From assembly GCF_001447785.1 (NCBI RefSeq), contig NW_015167061.1:2724140-2788139 (forward strand): a stretch of DNA of 64,000 nucleotides, read 5' to 3'. The number at the start of each line of letters is the position of its first letter. Within the stretch, counting starts at the first letter, position 1. The stretch comes from Gekko japonicus (lineage: Eukaryota). Of this stretch, positions 55,028-64,000 are shown one piece after another. Under the pieces are notes generated by a model, which was not told where the DNA came from, searched no databases, and saw nothing but the letters and a program-made list of their open reading frames with translations. Position numbers and translations under genes: made by a program.

Positions 55028-56099
55028 AGACAATCTGTAAATTAATATACATTGACGCATCCGTTCTAGAAGGGTATTCAGATTAGTCTGTTGCAGGAAA
55101 ACACCATGAGTCTTATGATACCTTATGGATTTGTAGTATTTCATTACATCCATTAGTTTCCAGAGCCTGCCTTTTGGGGGGGGGGGGGCATGTGCAGAAT
55201 AAATGCAGAAACGTTCCTTCCATACAAATGAAAAGGTTTAAAGGATGCTGTGAAGAGTCACATTTATTCCAAAGTGTCCCCCCCCCCCCCCCCCGAAATG
55301 TTTGTGGCTTATCCTCTTGTGGCCTCTGGCGAGGCTGATAGGTGCCTGCCTGCCTGCCTGCTGTCAGGTTTCATTTGCAAGAAATGTCATGTGAGCATGC
55401 TCATATTTATTAACCATATGAAGTAATGCTGCTGTTTAAAGTACTTATATTTAAAATATGTTTATTTGTAGCCTGCCTTTCTCACAGGGACTCAAGGCAG
55501 ATTACGTAGAGTCAAACTGTGCAATAGGAGTGGAATAACAAGAATTAGAAACAATGCAAAAACAAGGCCAAAAACAAGGCAGGCAGCAGACACGAGGTCT
55601 CATAAACAATGCAAGGAGGTGTGGAAATGGAATTACGGATGTAGAAAGTAACGGCAGTCAGAGCGAGAGGACCATGGACGGCGATCATGTCGCTTGCGTA
55701 AGAGTGGCGCCCTCGGCTCCCTTATCTTGGCGGCCTTAATGGATTCCCTCCGGAGCCGCCCTGGCTCTTTCCGGCGGTCTGACCTCCCCAGGAGGCCCAG
55801 GCTGCAGCCGAGCGCTGGTTCCGAGCCCCACGAGAGGGGGCCCCGCCTCTGCGCTGCAGACGGAAGCTCCCCCTTAGGGTTGCCACGGCCTCCAGGTGGG
55901 GCCTGGGGATCTCCCGCTTTGCCAACTGATCTCCAGCCGGCAGAGACCAGCTCCCCTGGAGGAAACGGCCCCAAACCCCGCCCTCTCCCGGCTCCAACCC
56001 CACCCCCCCAAAGTCTCCAGGTGTTTTCCAGCCCAGACCTGGCAGCCCCTCCTCCCGTGGGCGGGGCGTCCCGCCGCTGTATTTGTGCTCCGAAATAAA

Positions 56100-56539
56100 G
56101 GCTTTCAACCCGCGTCTGTCTGCCGCGTCTGCTCTGAACGGGGGGGGGGGGGGGGTCACCGCCGCCGTAGTTTAAAAAAAATCGTTGGGCGCCTCAGTTG
56201 CCGCGACAACGGTCAGTCTGGCCGTCGGGTGTTTTTTACGTCAGATCCCGTCCGGCCCAAATCGGATTGGTCGCCACGAGCCAACAGAGAGCGGGGATTG
56301 GTCGCAGGCAAAGCGAGCCCCGATTGGCTAAAGAACTTCCCCTGAGGCCATGGGGGAGCGGGGCTCGTGGCACAGGAGCTGTCCCCCTCTGATTGGCTCC
56401 CGTGGCGCAGGAGGCGGGCTTGGCAGGAACTCGGCTCGGCCGATTAGAGGATGGGGCTTAGCCCCGCCTGCAGAGGGGGCGGTGTTGTTCTCTGATTGGT
56501 GGGCCCCGAGAGCGGCGCTTCCGAGAGGGAAGGCGGAAG
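56100..56539 (+). promoter_or_regulatory. DDOST: DDOST CpG-island promoter with multiple inverted CCAAT boxes
   Basis: ATTGG at 56266, 56297, 56323, 56392 and 56495; TTACGTCA at 56236; GC box GGGGCGG near 56476; YY1-like AAGATGGCGGC overlapping the ATG. Confidence 0.8.
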
Positions 56540-62791
<6,252 letters not shown>

Positions 62792-62948
62792 GTGAGCTGC
62801 CATTTTGCCTTCCTTTGTACCATAGACCAGCCTGTGATGACCTCCTATTGGGGAGGACTAGGCTTCTCTTTAAATTAAATAGGTAGTTCTGGCTGCCACC
62901 AGGAATTTTCTAAATTCCAAATCCACTCTCAGCTTCTTATGTTGGTAT

Positions 62949-63417
62949 TGTGACCCAGGGTCTAGGCTTTCAAGGGTCTCTGTGGTCCTGAGGAATAATT
63001 GATATGACTTCTGGGATTAATTTAAATAAGAGAGGATTTATTGAAAGGGGAACAAAATAAGAAGTTGGTTGTTATGTAACTGGTTGGGAATAAGGTTCCT
63101 GTAAATGAGCTTGTCAACTGTATCACTTTAATACACATATACTGATCCTTCTCGGATCCCACACAGATTCTTTCACCTCTCTCACTGATTGAATTTCCAC
63201 TGAACAACTTCAGCTGCTTTTTTTCAACTGTCTTTCCTAACTCTGACTTTCATACATAACTTTCATAACTGACTAACTGACACTCACAAAGATCCACTTT
63301 AAAAACTCCTCCCACAGTCTCTCATCCTCCAATCACAGCACACTTCTCTCTCAATCACTGCACTGCAACCAAACATTTAAAGAGACACACACACTCTTAA
63401 AACAAGGAATCGTTACA
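62949..63417 (-). mobile_element. Possible solo LTR
   Basis: About 470-bp compositionally distinct block bounded by TGTGAC...GTTACA with a minus-strand AATAAA near 63037; no TSD found. Confidence 0.35.
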
Positions 63418-64000
63418 CAGCCTCGCACAGAAAATCCACAGTACCCTTAAAATACTAAACTACCTGGGAGGCCCCTGTGGTATTCATTTTGGGGCACACC
63501 AGTGGTCCCAAACATATAAAGCCACCTTATTTGTGGCTGTTTGCAAAAGTGTCCCTGCCTGGGCGGTGGCAGGGAGGGATTCTATGGGGCTGCAGCAAAC
63601 AGGTGCAAATGGGAACTTGTAGCTGAGCTCAGGAGTCACAGTTCCTGATGGCAAGTGTTGACACACGCGTGCAGACACACACACCCGCCACTAGGTACCA
63701 CTGGCTCCTGTATGAATATGTGAACCAGTCCTGTCTGGCGCAGGAAAGCTACCTCTTAGGCGGCTTAGCTGCGAAATGGGTTCGTGATGAAGAGGGGTGG
63801 AGACCGCAGCAGGAGCTGTGAGCCACTGAAGCTGCCGCCTTCTGCTTCAGGAAGCCCAGGGCTGGGCTAGCTTGGATCAGGGTCTGTCAAGGGGTAGCTC
63901 CCGGGGGGCATGCTTGGGTTCCTTATGCTGCCGCAGTACGTTACCATAAAGGCCAACATGTGCTTGGCTCCTAGGAGGCAAATATAGCGTCCAGTTCAAG

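Noticed and set aside
55674-55739. MDGDHVACVRVAP as a KIF17 exon-1 relic
   Set aside because: Only a superficial likeness to kinesin N-termini; it lies in what looks like a LINE 3' fragment and no further kinesin motifs follow.

Overview
This is vertebrate genomic DNA. The repeat content (tRNA- and 5S-derived SINEs, CR1, DIRS, hAT MITEs, BovB-like tails) points to a squamate, probably a gecko; that assignment is an inference. Four spliced genes lie on the + strand: the last 17 coding exons of EIF4G3 (7997-23571), complete HP1BP3 (CDS 37623-46881, about 549 aa), complete SH2D5 (CDS 48698-54559, about 436 aa) and exons 1-9 of DDOST (from 56540, running off the window). I traced the exons by hand and reading phase is consistent across every junction, apart from an unreadable acceptor at DDOST exon 5. 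The introns and the EIF4G3-HP1BP3 spacer carry an L1 3' end, three DIRS1-like tyrosine-recombinase retrotransposons, CR1/RTE/Penelope fragments, SINEs and TSD-flanked DNA transposons. Most notable: (1) KIF17, which lies between SH2D5 and DDOST in human, is absent here, leaving only about 2 kb; (2) an unclassified, young-looking 1.68-kb TIR element with a CRE palindrome in each TIR; (3) the HP1-binding PxVxL motif of HP1BP3 reads QPVKL; (4) a DIRS copy keeps a 1.2-kb dual-coding overlap and a methyltransferase-like domain; (5) two GC-AG introns. N gaps and many long poly-C/G runs mean some oddities may be assembly artefacts. Comparisons to human proteins are from recall, not from a database search.
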